Shown here piece after piece: positions 1-15,000 of a stretch of 64,000 nt of DNA. The stretch is from the human T2T-CHM13v2.0 reference genome, Homo sapiens. The translations under genes and the position numbers were made by a program. Where the stretch lies: assembly GCF_009914755.1 (NCBI RefSeq), contig NC_060940.1; one strand, given 5' to 3'. Position 1 is the stretch's first letter. Each line of letters begins with the position of its first letter. Under the pieces are notes generated by a model. The model worked only from the letters and a program-made list of their open reading frames with translations. It had not been told where the DNA came from and made no database searches.

Positions 1-69
1 TCGATTCCATTTGATGTTTCCATTCGATTCCAATTGATGATTCCATTCAATTCCATTCGATGATGATTC

Positions 70-3000
70 CGTACGATTCCATTCTGTGATGATTCCATGT
101 GATTGTAATCAATGATGATTCCTTTCGATTGCATTCGATTATGATTCATTTCGTGTTCATTCTATGGTTCCACAGGTTTCCATTCGATGATGTTTCCATT
201 CGTTTCCATTCCATTATTAGATTCTATTCCATTTGAAGATGATTCCATTCGATTCCATTCATTGGTGATTCCACTCAATTCCATTCAATGATTCCATTCC
301 ATTTCTTTCAACAATGATTCCATTAGTTTCTAATCGATGATCCACTTGATTCCATTTGACGATGATTCCATTCGTGTCTTTTCGATGATTCCATTTGATT
401 CCATATGATGATGATTCCATTCGATTCCATACGATGATGATTCCATTCGAGTCCATTCAATGGTGATTCCATTCAATTCCATTCGATGATTCCTTTCGAT
501 TCCATTCAATGATGATGGCATTCGATTCCTTTCGATCATTCCCTTTGATTCCATTCAAATGTGATTTCATTCAAGTCCATTCGATAATTGCATTCGATTC
601 CATTCTATGATGATTCCATTCGAGTCCATTTGATGATTCCATTCAATTCAAGTCAATGATGATTCCATTCGATTCCACTCGATGATTCCATTGGATTCCA
701 TTCGATGATGATTCCATTCAAATCCATTCGATAATTCAATTCAAGTCCATTCGATGATGATTCCAATCGAATCCATTCAAAGATTCCACTCAATTCCATT
801 CGATGATGATTCCCTTAGATTCCATTCGATGATTCCACTTGATTCCATTTACGATGATTCCATTCGATTCCATGTGATGATTCCATTCAATTCTATTCAA
901 TGATGTTTCCACTTGATTCCATTCGAACATGATTGCCTTTGATTCCATTCAATGATTCCATACGGTTCCATTTGATGATGATTCCATTCGAGTGCATTAG
1001 ATGATTCCATTCGAGTCCATTCGATGATTCCATTCGATTCCATTCGATGTTGATTCTGTTCAAATCCATTCGATGATTCCACTCGATTCCATTCGATGAC
1101 TCCATTTGATCCCATTCGATGATTTCCTTTGATTCCCTTTGATGATCATTCCATTTGATTCAATTCGGTGATTTCATTTGATTCCATTCAGTGATGTTTC
1201 CATTCAACTCCTTTCGATGATGATTCCATTCGACTCCATTCGATTATGATTTCATTCAATTCCATTCGATAATGATTCCCTTCAAGTCCATTCGATGATT
1301 CCATTCGATTCCATTCAACGATGATTTGATTCGTGTCCATTCGATGATTCCATTTGATTCCATTTGATGATGATTCCATTCGAGTCCCTTTCATGATTCC
1401 ATTCAATTCCATTCTCCGATGATTTCTTTTGAGCCCATTCAATGCTTCCACTCGATTCCATATGATGATGACTCCATTTGATGAAATTCCATGATGATTC
1501 CATTCGCTTGCATTCGATGATGATTCCACTTGAGTCCGTTAGAAGATTCTATTCAATTACATTCCATGACGATTCTGTTCGAGTCCATTTGATGATTCCA
1601 TTAGACTCCATTCGACGATGATTCCATTCGATGTTATTCGATGATGATTCCATTCAACTCCATTCGATGTTTCCATTCGAGTTCATTCTATTATTCCATT
1701 CGATTCCATTCGATGATGATTCCATTCGATTCCATTTGATGATTGCATTCTATTTCATTTGATGATGATTCCATTCGAGTCCATTCGATGATTCCATTCG
1801 AGTCCATTTAATGAATCCATTGGTTTCAATTCTATGATGATTACATTGGATTCCATACGTTGATGACTTCATTCGATTCCATTCAAAGATGATTCCATTC
1901 AATTCCATTCAATGATTCCATTCAATTCCATACGATGATGATTCCATTTGATTTGATTCGACAGTGAGCCATTCGATTCAATTCCATGATGATTCTATTT
2001 GATTCAATTGGTTGACATTTCCATTCGATTCCATTCGATGATGATTACATTTGATTCCATTCAAAGATGATTCCATTCTAGCCCATTCAATCATTCCATT
2101 CGATTCTATTCAATGATGATTCCATTCATGTCGATTTGGTGATTCCATTTGACTTCATTTGATGATGATTCCTTTCAAGTTCATTAGATGATTCCATTCG
2201 ATTCCATTTGATGATGATCCCATTCGAGTCCATTCAGTGATTCCACTCGTTTCCATTCCATGATGATTCCATTCCATTCCATTCAATGATTCCATTCGAT
2301 TCCGTTTGATGATGATTTCATTCGAGTCCATTTGATGATTCCATTTGATTCCATTCGATGATGATTACATTCGAGTCCATACGATGATTCCACTCAATTC
2401 CATATGATGATGATTCCATTCGATTCCATTCGATGATTCCATTCTATTCTATTCAATGGTGATTCCATTCGAGTACATTAGATGATTCCATTCGATTCCA
2501 TTCAATGATGATTCTATTTGTGTCCCTTAGATGGTTCCACATGATTCCATTTCATGATGATATTATTTGAGCCCATCCAATGATTCCCTTCGATTCTATT
2601 CGATGAGGATTCCATTCGATTCAATTCATTGGTGATTCTATTCAATTCAATTCTTTGATTCCATTCCATTCCATTCGACAATGATTCCATTCGATTTCTT
2701 TCGATGATTCCACTCGATTCCACTTGACATTGATTCCATTCGATTCCATTCAATGATTCCGTTTGATTCCAGTGGATGATGATTGCCATCGATTCCATTC
2801 GATCACTCCATTCTATTCCATTTGATGATGATTACATTCGATTCCATTTGATGATTCCATCTGATTCTATTCGAGGATTCCATTTGATTCCATTCGATGA
2901 TGATTCCATTCGAGTGCATTCGATGATTTCATTCGAGTACATCCAATGATTCCATTCGAGTCCATTTGATGATTCCATTTAATTCCATTTGATTATGATT

Positions 3001-5925
3001 CTACTAGAGTCCATTCAATGACTCCATTCGAGTCCATTCAACAATTCCATTCGAGGCCATTCGATGATTCCATTTCATGATTCCATTCGAGTCCATTTAA
3101 TCATTACAGTCGAGTCCATTTGGTGATTCCACTGGATTTCTTTTGATAATGATACCATTCAATTACATTTGATGATGATCCCATTCAATTTCATTTGATG
3201 GTGATTCCATTAGAGTCCATTCGATGATTTCATTCGAGTCCCTTCATTGATTCCATCCGATTTCATTTGATGATGACTCCATTCGAGTCCATTCGATGAT
3301 TCCACTCGATTCCTTTAGATGATTTCATTGGAGTCCATTTGATTGTTCCATTCGATTCTATTCGATTCCTTTCGAAGATTATTCCGTTTGAGTCCATTCG
3401 ATGATGATTCCATTCCATTCCATTCGATGATTCCGTTTGATTCCATTCGATGATTCCCTTCGATTCCTTTCTTTGATGATTCCATTCCATTCCATTCAAT
3501 GATTCCATTCGAATCTATTCCATGATGATTCCTTTCGATTCCATTCGCTGATGTTTCCGTTCAATTCCATTCGATGATGATTCCATTCGATTCCATTCAT
3601 TGAGGATTCCATTTGATTCCATTCAATGATGATTCCATTCTATTCCATTCAATGATTGCATTCAATTCCATTCAATGATTATCCCATTAGAGTAAACTCA
3701 ACGATTCCATTCAATACCATTCGATGATGATTCCTTTTGAGTCCATTCAATGATTTCATTCAAGTCCATTTGATGATTCCTTTCAATTCCATTCTATGAT
3801 GATTCCATTCGAGTCCATTCGATGATTCCATTCGATTGCATTCGATGATTCCATTATATTCCATTCAACAATGATTCCATTCGAGTCCATTCCATGATTC
3901 CATTAGAGTACATTTAATGATTGCTTTGTTTTCAATTCGAAGATGATTACATTGGATTCCATTCTATGATACCATTCGATTCCATTCAATGATGATTCCA
4001 CTCAAATCCATTGGATGATTCCATTCGTGTCCATTCGGTGATTTCATTAGATTCCATTCGAGGATGATTCCATTCGATTCCATTCGATGATTCCATTCAA
4101 TTCCATTCGATGATGATTCCATTCCAGTCCATATGATCATTCCATTTGATTTCATTCGATGATGATTCCATTCGATTCCATTCGATGATTCCATTCTATT
4201 CCATTCGATGATGATTCCATTCGAGTCCATTCGATGATTCCATTCGAGTCCATTTAATGATTCCATTGGGTTCAATTCAATGATGATTACATTGGATTCC
4301 GTTCTATGATTCCATTCAATTCCGTTCATTGACAATTTGATTCCATTCGATGATGATTCCATTTGAGTTCATTCGATGATTCTATTCGATTCTCTTCGAT
4401 GGTGATTCAATTCTATTATATTGGATGATTCCATTCGATTCCATTTGATGTTGATTCAATTCGATTCTATTCGATGATGATTCCATTGGATTTCACTTGA
4501 TGATTCTATTCGATTCCATTCAATGATGATTCACTTCTCGTCCATTGGATGATTCCATTTCATTCCATTCGATGATGATTCCATTCGATTCCATTCGATG
4601 ATTCCATTTGATTCCATGCGACGGTGAGCAATTCGATTCAATTCCATGATGATTCTATTTGATTCAATTAGATGATGTTTCCATTCGAATCCATTCCATG
4701 ATTATTCCATTGGAATCCATTTGGCGATGATTCCATATGAGTCAATTCAATGATGATTCCATATGGGTCCGTTCGATGATAATTCCATTTGATTTCATTC
4801 GATGCTTCTATTCAATTCCAGTCGATGATGATTCCGTTGGAGTCCATACGATGATTCCATTTGATTTCATTTGATGATGATTCCATTCGATGATGATTAC
4901 ATTGGATTCCATTCTATGATTCCATTCAATTCCATTCGTTGATGATTCGATTCCATTCAATGATGATTCCATTTGAGTTCATTCGATGATTCTATTCGAT
5001 TCCGTTCGATGGTGATTCAATTCTATTATATTGGATGATTCCACTCGATTCCATTTGATGATAATTCCATTGGAGTCCACTTAGTGAATCCTTTAGATTC
5101 TACTCGAAGATGATTCCATTCGAGTCCATTCGATGATACCATTCAATTCCATTCGTTGATGCTTCCATTCAAGTGCATTCGATGATATCATTCGGTTCCA
5201 TTTGATGATAATTCCATTTGATTCCATGCGATGATTCTATTCGATTCCATTCAATGATAATTCCATTCAATTCAGTGATTCCTCTGGACTCCATTTGATG
5301 ATGATTCCATTCAATGATTCCATTCGATTCTATTCCAAAATGATTCCATTTGAATCCATTTGATGATGATTCCATTAGATTCCATTTGATGATTCCATTC
5401 GATTCCATTTGACGATGATTCCATTCGATTTCATTTGATGATTCCATTCTATTCTATTCGATGATGATTCCATTCGATTCCATTCGATGATGATTGGATT
5501 CGATTCCATTTGATGATTTCATTTGATTCCATTCGTTAATGATTTCGATCAATTCCATTCGATGATTCCATTCGATTCGATTCGATAATGATTACATCCG
5601 AGTCCATTCGATGATTCCATTTGAGCCTGTTCGATAATTCCATTTGAGTCCAACCAATGATTCCATTCATTTCCATTCAATGATTCCGTTCGAGTCCATT
5701 TGATCATTCCGGTATTGTCCATTCGATGTTGATTCCATTGGAGTGCATTCGATGATTCCATTCGAGTCCATTTTATGATTTGATTCGAGTCCTTTCGATG
5801 ATTCCATTCGATTCCACTCGATGATGATTTCATTCGAGTCCATTCGACACTTCCAATCGATTCCATTTGATGTTTCCATTCGAGTCCAATTGATGATTCC
5901 ATTCAATTCCATTCGATGATGATTC
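70..5925 (+). repeat. Macro-unit U1, 5856 bp, divergent with multiple small indels
   Basis: Anchors CGTACG at 70 and 5926. Offset to U2 steps 5856, 5840, 5836, 5908, 5931, 6101, 6111 along the unit. Confidence 0.9.
4660..4670 (-). promoter_or_regulatory. Candidate DUX4-type double-homeodomain motif TAATTGAATCA, one per macro-unit (also 10771, 16882, 22993, 28535, 34843, 41151, 47263, 55274)
   Basis: TGATTCAATTA on + fits the degenerate TAAYBBAATCA consensus on the minus strand. DUX4 is known to bind and induce HSATII. Binding at these sites cannot be shown from sequence alone. Confidence 0.4.
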
Positions 5926-8900
5926 CGTACGATTCCATTCTGTGATGATTCCATGTGATTGCATTCAATGATGATTCCTTTCGATTGCATTCGATTATGA
6001 TTCATTTCGTGTTCATTCTATGGTTCCACAGGTTTCCATTCGTGTCCATTCCATTATTCCATTCTATTCCATTTGATGATGATTCCATTCGATTCCATTC
6101 ATTGGTGATTCCACTCAATTCCATTCAATGATTCCATTCCATTTCTTTCAACAATGATTCCATTAGTTTCTAATCGATGATCCACTTAATTCCATTTGAC
6201 GACGATTCCATTCTTGTCCATTCGATGATTCCATTTGATTGCATATGATGATGATTCCATTCGATTCCATACGATGATGATTCCATTCGAGTCCATTCAA
6301 TGGTGATTCCATTCAATTCCATTCGATGATTCCTTTCGATTCCATTCGATGATGATGGCATTCGATTCTTTCAATCATTCCCTTTGATTCCATTCAAAGG
6401 TGATTTCATTCAAGTCCATTCGATAATTGCATTCGATTCCATTCTATGATGATTCCATTCGAGTCCATTTGATGATTCCATTCAATTCAAGTCAATGATG
6501 ATTCCATTCGATTCCATTCGATGATTCCATTGGATTCCATTCGATGATGATTCCATTCAAATCCATTCGATAATTCAATTCAAGTCCATTCGATGATGAT
6601 TAAAATCGAATCCATTCAAAGATTCCATTCAGTTCCATTCGATGATTCCCTTAGATTCCATTCGATGATTCCACTTGATTCCATTTACGATGATTCCATT
6701 CGATTCCATGTGATGATTCCATTCAATTCTATTCAATGCTGTTTCCATTTGATTCCATTCGACCATGATTGCCTTTGATTCCATTCAATGACTCCATTCG
6801 GTTCCTTTTGATGATGATTCCGTTCGATTCCATTTCATTATTCCATTTGATTCCATTGGATGAGTCCATTCGATTACATTCGATGATTATTCCATTCGAG
6901 TGCATTAGATGATTCCATTCGAGTCCATTCGATGATTCCATTCGATTCCATTCGATGTTGATTCTGTTCAAATCCATTCGATGATTCCACTCGATTCCAT
7001 TCGATGACTCCAGTTGATCCCATTCGATGATTTCCTTTGATTCCCTTTGATGATCATTCCATTTGATTCAATTCGGTGATTTCATTTGATTCCATTCAGT
7101 GATGTTTCCATTCGACTCCATTCGATGATGATTCCATTCGACTCCATTCGATTATGATTTCATTCAATTCCATTCGATAATGATTCCCTTCGAGTCCATT
7201 CGATGATTCCATTCGATTCCATTCAACGATGATTTGATTCGTGTCCATTCGATGATTCCATTTGATTCCACTTGATGATGATTCCATTCGAGTCCATTTG
7301 ATGATTCCATTCAATTCCATTCTCCGATGATTTCTTTTGAGCCCACTCAATGCTTCCACTCGATTCCATATGATGATGACTCCATTCGATGAAATTCGAT
7401 GATGATTCCATTCGCTTGCATTCGATGATGATTCCACTTGAGTCCCTTAGAAGATTCTATTCAATTACATTCCATGACGATTCCGTTCGAGTCCAATTGA
7501 TGATTCCATTAGACTCCATTTGACGATGATTCCATTCGATGTTATTCGATGATTCCATTCGATCTCATTCGATGATGATTCCATTCAACTCCATTCGATG
7601 TTTCCATTCGAGTTCATTCTATTATTCCATTAGATTCCATTCGATGATGATTCCATTCGATTCCATTTGATGATTGCATTCTATTTCATTTGATGATGAT
7701 TCCATTCGAGTCCACTCGATGATTCCATTCGAGTCCATTTAATGAATCCATTGGTTTCAATTCTATGATGATTACATTGGATTCCATTCGTTGATGATTT
7801 CATTCGGTTCCATTCAATGATGATTCCATTCAATTCCTTTCAATGTTTCCATTCAATTCCATACGATGATGATTCCATTTGATTTGATTCGACAGTGAGC
7901 CATTCGATTCAATTCCATGATGATTCTATTTGATTCCATTGGTTGACATTTCCATTCGATTCCATTCGATGATGATTCCCTTTGATTCCATTCAAAGATG
8001 ATTCCATTCTAGCCCATTCAATCATTCCATTCGATTCTATTCAATGATGATTCCATTCATGTCGATTTGGTGATTCCATTTGACTTCATTTGATGATGAT
8101 TCCTTTCAAGTTCATTAGATGATTCCATTCGATTCCATTTGATGATGATCCCATTCGAGTCCATTCAGTGATTCCACTCGTTTCCATTCCATGGTGATTC
8201 CATTCCATTCCATTCAATGATTCCATTCGATTCCGTTTGATGATGATTTCATTCGAGTCCATTTGATGATTCCATTTGATTCCATTCGATGATGATTCCA
8301 TTCGAGTCCATTCGATGATTCTATTCGAATCCATTTGATGATTTCTTTTGATTATAGTTGGTGATGATTCCATTGGAGTCCATTCAATGATTCCATTCGA
8401 TTCCAATCGATGGTGATTCCATTAGAGTCCATTTAACGATTCCATTTGATTCCAGTCTCTGATGATTACATTCGAGTCCATACGACGATTCCACTCAATT
8501 CCATATGATGATGATTCCATTCGATTCCATTCGATGATTCCATTCTATTCTATTCAATGGTGATTCCGTTCGAGTACATTAGATGATTCCATTCGATTCC
8601 ATTCAATGATGATTCTATTTGTGTCCCTTAGATGATTCCACATGATTCCATTAGATGATGATACTATTTGAGCCCATCCAATGATTCCCTTCGATTCCAT
8701 TCGATGAGGATTCCATTCGATTCAATTCATTGGTGATTCTATTCAATTCAATTCTTTGATTCCATTCCATTCCATTCGACAATGATTCCATTCGATTTCT
8801 TTCGATGATTCCACTCGATTCCACTTGACATTGATTCCCTTCGATTCCATTCAATGATTCCATTTGATTCCAGTGGATGATGATTGCCATCGATTCCATT

Positions 8901-11900
8901 CGATCACTCCATTCTATTCCATTTGATGATGATTACATTCGATTCCATTTGACGATTCCATCTGATTCTATTCGAGGATTCCATTTGATTCCATTCGATG
9001 ATGATTCCATTCGAGTCCATTCGATGATTTCATTCGAGTACATCCAATGATTCCATTCGAGTCCATTAGATGATTCCATTTGATTCCATTTGATAATGAT
9101 TCTACTAGAGTCCATTCAATGACTCCATTCGAGTCCATTCAACAATTCCATTCGACTCCATTTGATGATTCCATTCGATTCCATTTGATGATTCCATTCG
9201 AGTCCATTTAATCATTACAGTCGAGTCCATTTGGTGATTCCACCGGATTTCTTTTGATAATGATACCATTCAATTACATTTGATGATGATCCCATTCAAT
9301 TTCATTTGATGGTGATTCCATTAGAGTCCATTCGATGATTTCATTCGAGTCCCTTCATTGATTCCATCCGATTTCATTGGATGATGACTCCATTCGAGTC
9401 CATTCGATGATTCCACTCGATTCCATTAGATGATTCCATTGGAGTCCATTTGATTGTTCCATTCGATTCCATTCGATTCCTTTCGAAGATTATTCCATTT
9501 GAGTCCATTCGATGATGATTCCATTCCATTCCATTCGATGATTCCGTTTGATTCCATTCGATGATTCCCTTCGATTCCTTTCTTTGATGATTCCATTCCA
9601 TTCCATTCAATGATTCCATTCGAATCTATTCCATGATGATTCCTTTCGATTCTATTCGCTGATGTTTCCTTTCAATTCCATTCGATGATGATTCCATTCG
9701 ATTCCATTCATTGAGGATTCCATTTGATTCCATTCAATGATGATTCCGTTCTATTCCATTCAATGATTGCATTCAATTCCATTCAATGATTATCCCATTA
9801 GAGTAAACTCAACGATTCCATTCAATACCATTCGATGATGATTCCTTTTGTGTCCATTCAATGATTTCATTCAAGTCCATTTGATGATTCCTTTCAATTC
9901 CATTCTATGATGATTCCATTCGAGTCCATTCGATGATTCCATTCGATTGCATTCGATGATTCCATTATATTCCAGTCAACGATGATTCCATTCGAGTCCA
10001 TTCGATGATTCCATTAGAGTACAGTTAATGATTGCTTTGTTTTCAATTCGAAGATGATTACATTGGATTCCATTCTATGATACCATTCGATTCCATTCAA
10101 TGATGATTCCACTCAAATCCATTGGATGATTCCATTCGTGTCCATTCGGTGATTTCATTAGATTCCATTCGAGGATGATTCCATTCGATTCCATTCGATG
10201 ATTCCATTCAATTCCATTCGATGATGATTCCATTCCAGTCCATATGATCATTCCATTTGATTTCATTCGATGATGATTCCATTCGATTCCATTCGATGAT
10301 TCCATTCTATTCCATTCGATGATGATTCCATTCGAGTCCATTCGATGATTCCATTCGAGTCCATTTAATGATTCCATTGGGTTCAATTCAATGATGATTA
10401 CATTGGATTCCGTTCTATGATTCCATTCAATTCCGTTCATTGACAATTTGATTCCATTCGATGATGATTCCATTTGAGTTCATTCGATGATTCTATTCGA
10501 TTCTCTTCGATGGTGATTCAATTCTATTATATTGGATGATTCCATTCGATTCCATTTGATGTTGATTCAATTCGATTCTATTCGATGATGATTCCATTGG
10601 ATTTCACTTGATGATTCTATTCGATTCCATTCAATGATGATTCACTTCTCGTCCATTGGATGATTCCATTTCATTCCATTCGATGATGATTCCATTCGAT
10701 TCCATTCGATGATTCCATTTGATTCCATGCGACGGTGAGCAATTCGATTCAATTCCATGATGATTCTATTTGATTCAATTAGATGATGTTTCCATTCGAA
10801 TCCATTCCATGATTATTCCATTGGAATCCATTCGGCGATGATTCCATATGAGTCAATTCAATGATGATTCCATATGGGTCCGTTCGATGATAATTCCATT
10901 TGATTTCATTCGATGCTTCTATTCAATTCCAGTCGATGATGATTCCGTTGGAGTCCATACGATGATTCCATTTGATTTCATTTGATGATGATTCCATTCG
11001 ATGATGATTACATTGGATTCCATTCTATGATTCCATTCAATTCCATTCGTTGATGATTCGATTCCATTCAATGATGATTCCATTTGAGTTCATTCGATGA
11101 TTCTATTCGATTCCGTTCGATGGTGATTCAATTCTATTATATTGGATGATTCCACTCGATTCCATTTGATGATAATTCCATTGGAGTCCACTTAGTGAAT
11201 CCTTTAGATTCTACTCGAAGATGATTCCATTCGAGTCCATTCGATGATACCATTCAATTCCATTCGTTGATGCTTCCATTCAAGTGCATTCGATGATATC
11301 ATTCGGTTCCATTTGATGATAATTCCATTTGATTCCATGCGATGATTCTATTCGATTCCATTCAATGATAATTCCATTCAATTCAGTGATTCCTCTGGAC
11401 TCCATTTGATGATGATTCCATTCAATGATTCCATTCGATTCTATTCCAAAATGATTCCATTTGAATCCATTTGATGATGATTCCATTAGATTCCATTTGA
11501 TGATTCCATTCGATTCCATTTGACGATGATTCCATTCGATTTCATTTGATGATTCCATTCTATTCTATTCGATGATGATTCCATTCGATTCCATTCGATG
11601 ATGATTGGATTCGATTCCATTTGATGATTTCATTTGATTCCATTCGTTAATGATTTCGATCAATTCCATTCGATGATTCCATTCGATTCGATTCGATAAT
11701 GATTACATCCGAGTCCATTCGATGATTCCATTTGAGCCTGTTCGATAATTCCATTTGAGTCCAACCAATGATTCCATTCATTTCCATTCAATGATTCCGT
11801 TCGAGTCCATTTGATCATTCCGGTATTGTCCATTCGATGTTGATTCCATTGGAGTGCATTCGATGATTCCATTCGAGTCCATTTTATGATTTGATTCGAG

Positions 11901-12036
11901 TCCTTTCGATGATTCCATTCGATTCCACTCGATGATGATTTCATTCGAGTCCATTCGACACTTCCAATCGATTCCATTTGATGTTTCCATTCGAGTCCAA
12001 TTGATGATTCCATTCAATTCCATTCGATGATGATTC
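5926..12036 (+). repeat. Macro-unit U2, 6111 bp
   Basis: Anchors at 5926 and 12037. Identical ORF translations recur at +6111 (6170/12281, 7096/13207, 10075/16186). Confidence 0.95.
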
Positions 12037-15000
12037 CGTACGATTCCATTCTGTGATGATTCCATGTGATTGCATTCAATGATGATTCCTTTCGATTGCA
12101 TTCGATTATGATTCATTTCGTGTTCATTCTATGGTTCCACAGGTTTCCATTCGTGTCCATTCCATTATTCCATTCTATTCCATTTGATGATGATTCCATT
12201 CGATTCCATTCATTGGTGATTCCACTCAATTCCATTCAATGATTCCATTCCATTTCTTTCAACAATGATTCCATTAGTTTCTAATCGATGATCCACTTAA
12301 TTCCATTTGACGACGATTCCATTCTTGTCCATTCGATGATTCCATTTGATTGCATATGATGATGATTCCATTCGATTCCATACGATGATGATTCCATTCG
12401 AGTCCATTCAATGGTGATTCCATTCAATTCCATTCGATGATTCCTTTCGATTCCATTCGATGATGATGGCATTCGATTCTTTCAATCATTCCCTTTGATT
12501 CCATTCAAAGGTGATTTCATTCAAGTCCATTCGATAATTGCATTCGATTCCATTCTATGATGATTCCATTCGAGTCCATTTGATGATTCCATTCAATTCA
12601 AGTCAATGATGATTCCATTCGATTCCATTCGATGATTCCATTGGATTCCATTCGATGATGATTCCATTCAAATCCATTCGATAATTCAATTCAAGTCCAT
12701 TCGATGATGATTAAAATCGAATCCATTCAAAGATTCCATTCAGTTCCATTCGATGATTCCCTTAGATTCCATTCGATGATTCCACTTGATTCCATTTACG
12801 ATGATTCCATTCGATTCCATGTGATGATTCCATTCAATTCTATTCAATGCTGTTTCCATTTGATTCCATTCGACCATGATTGCCTTTGATTCCATTCAAT
12901 GACTCCATTCGGTTCCTTTTGATGATGATTCCGTTCGATTCCATTTCATTATTCCATTTGATTCCATTGGATGAGTCCATTCGATTACATTCGATGATTA
13001 TTCCATTCGAGTGCATTAGATGATTCCATTCGAGTCCATTCGATGATTCCATTCGATTCCATTCGATGTTGATTCTGTTCAAATCCATTCGATGATTCCA
13101 CTCGATTCCATTCGATGACTCCAGTTGATCCCATTCGATGATTTCCTTTGATTCCCTTTGATGATCATTCCATTTGATTCAATTCGGTGATTTCATTTGA
13201 TTCCATTCAGTGATGTTTCCATTCGACTCCATTCGATGATGATTCCATTCGACTCCATTCGATTATGATTTCATTCAATTCCATTCGATAATGATTCCCT
13301 TCGAGTCCATTCGATGATTCCATTCGATTCCATTCAACGATGATTTGATTCGTGTCCATTCGATGATTCCATTTGATTCCACTTGATGATGATTCCATTC
13401 GAGTCCATTTGATGATTCCATTCAATTCCATTCTCCGATGATTTCTTTTGAGCCCACTCAATGCTTCCACTCGATTCCATATGATGATGACTCCATTCGA
13501 TGAAATTCGATGATGATTCCATTCGCTTGCATTCGATGATGATTCCACTTGAGTCCCTTAGAAGATTCTATTCAATTACATTCCATGACGATTCCGTTCG
13601 AGTCCAATTGATGATTCCATTAGACTCCATTTGACGATGATTCCATTCGATGTTATTCGATGATTCCATTCGATCTCATTCGATGATGATTCCATTCAAC
13701 TCCATTCGATGTTTCCATTCGAGTTCATTCTATTATTCCATTAGATTCCATTCGATGATGATTCCATTCGATTCCATTTGATGATTGCATTCTATTTCAT
13801 TTGATGATGATTCCATTCGAGTCCACTCGATGATTCCATTCGAGTCCATTTAATGAATCCATTGGTTTCAATTCTATGATGATTACATTGGATTCCATTC
13901 GTTGATGATTTCATTCGGTTCCATTCAATGATGATTCCATTCAATTCCTTTCAATGTTTCCATTCAATTCCATACGATGATGATTCCATTTGATTTGATT
14001 CGACAGTGAGCCATTCGATTCAATTCCATGATGATTCTATTTGATTCCATTGGTTGACATTTCCATTCGATTCCATTCGATGATGATTCCCTTTGATTCC
14101 ATTCAAAGATGATTCCATTCTAGCCCATTCAATCATTCCATTCGATTCTATTCAATGATGATTCCATTCATGTCGATTTGGTGATTCCATTTGACTTCAT
14201 TTGATGATGATTCCTTTCAAGTTCATTAGATGATTCCATTCGATTCCATTTGATGATGATCCCATTCGAGTCCATTCAGTGATTCCACTCGTTTCCATTC
14301 CATGGTGATTCCATTCCATTCCATTCAATGATTCCATTCGATTCCGTTTGATGATGATTTCATTCGAGTCCATTTGATGATTCCATTTGATTCCATTCGA
14401 TGATGATTCCATTCGAGTCCATTCGATGATTCTATTCGAATCCATTTGATGATTTCTTTTGATTATAGTTGGTGATGATTCCATTGGAGTCCATTCAATG
14501 ATTCCATTCGATTCCAATCGATGGTGATTCCATTAGAGTCCATTTAACGATTCCATTTGATTCCAGTCTCTGATGATTACATTCGAGTCCATACGACGAT
14601 TCCACTCAATTCCATATGATGATGATTCCATTCGATTCCATTCGATGATTCCATTCTATTCTATTCAATGGTGATTCCGTTCGAGTACATTAGATGATTC
14701 CATTCGATTCCATTCAATGATGATTCTATTTGTGTCCCTTAGATGATTCCACATGATTCCATTAGATGATGATACTATTTGAGCCCATCCAATGATTCCC
14801 TTCGATTCCATTCGATGAGGATTCCATTCGATTCAATTCATTGGTGATTCTATTCAATTCAATTCTTTGATTCCATTCCATTCCATTCGACAATGATTCC
14901 ATTCGATTTCTTTCGATGATTCCACTCGATTCCACTTGACATTGATTCCCTTCGATTCCATTCAATGATTCCATTTGATTCCAGTGGATGATGATTGCCA

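Noticed and set aside
6593-6778. Plus-strand 61-aa ORF MMIKIESIQRFH… (four copies)
   Set aside because: Chance open frame in the satellite. Its recurrence reflects unit duplication only.
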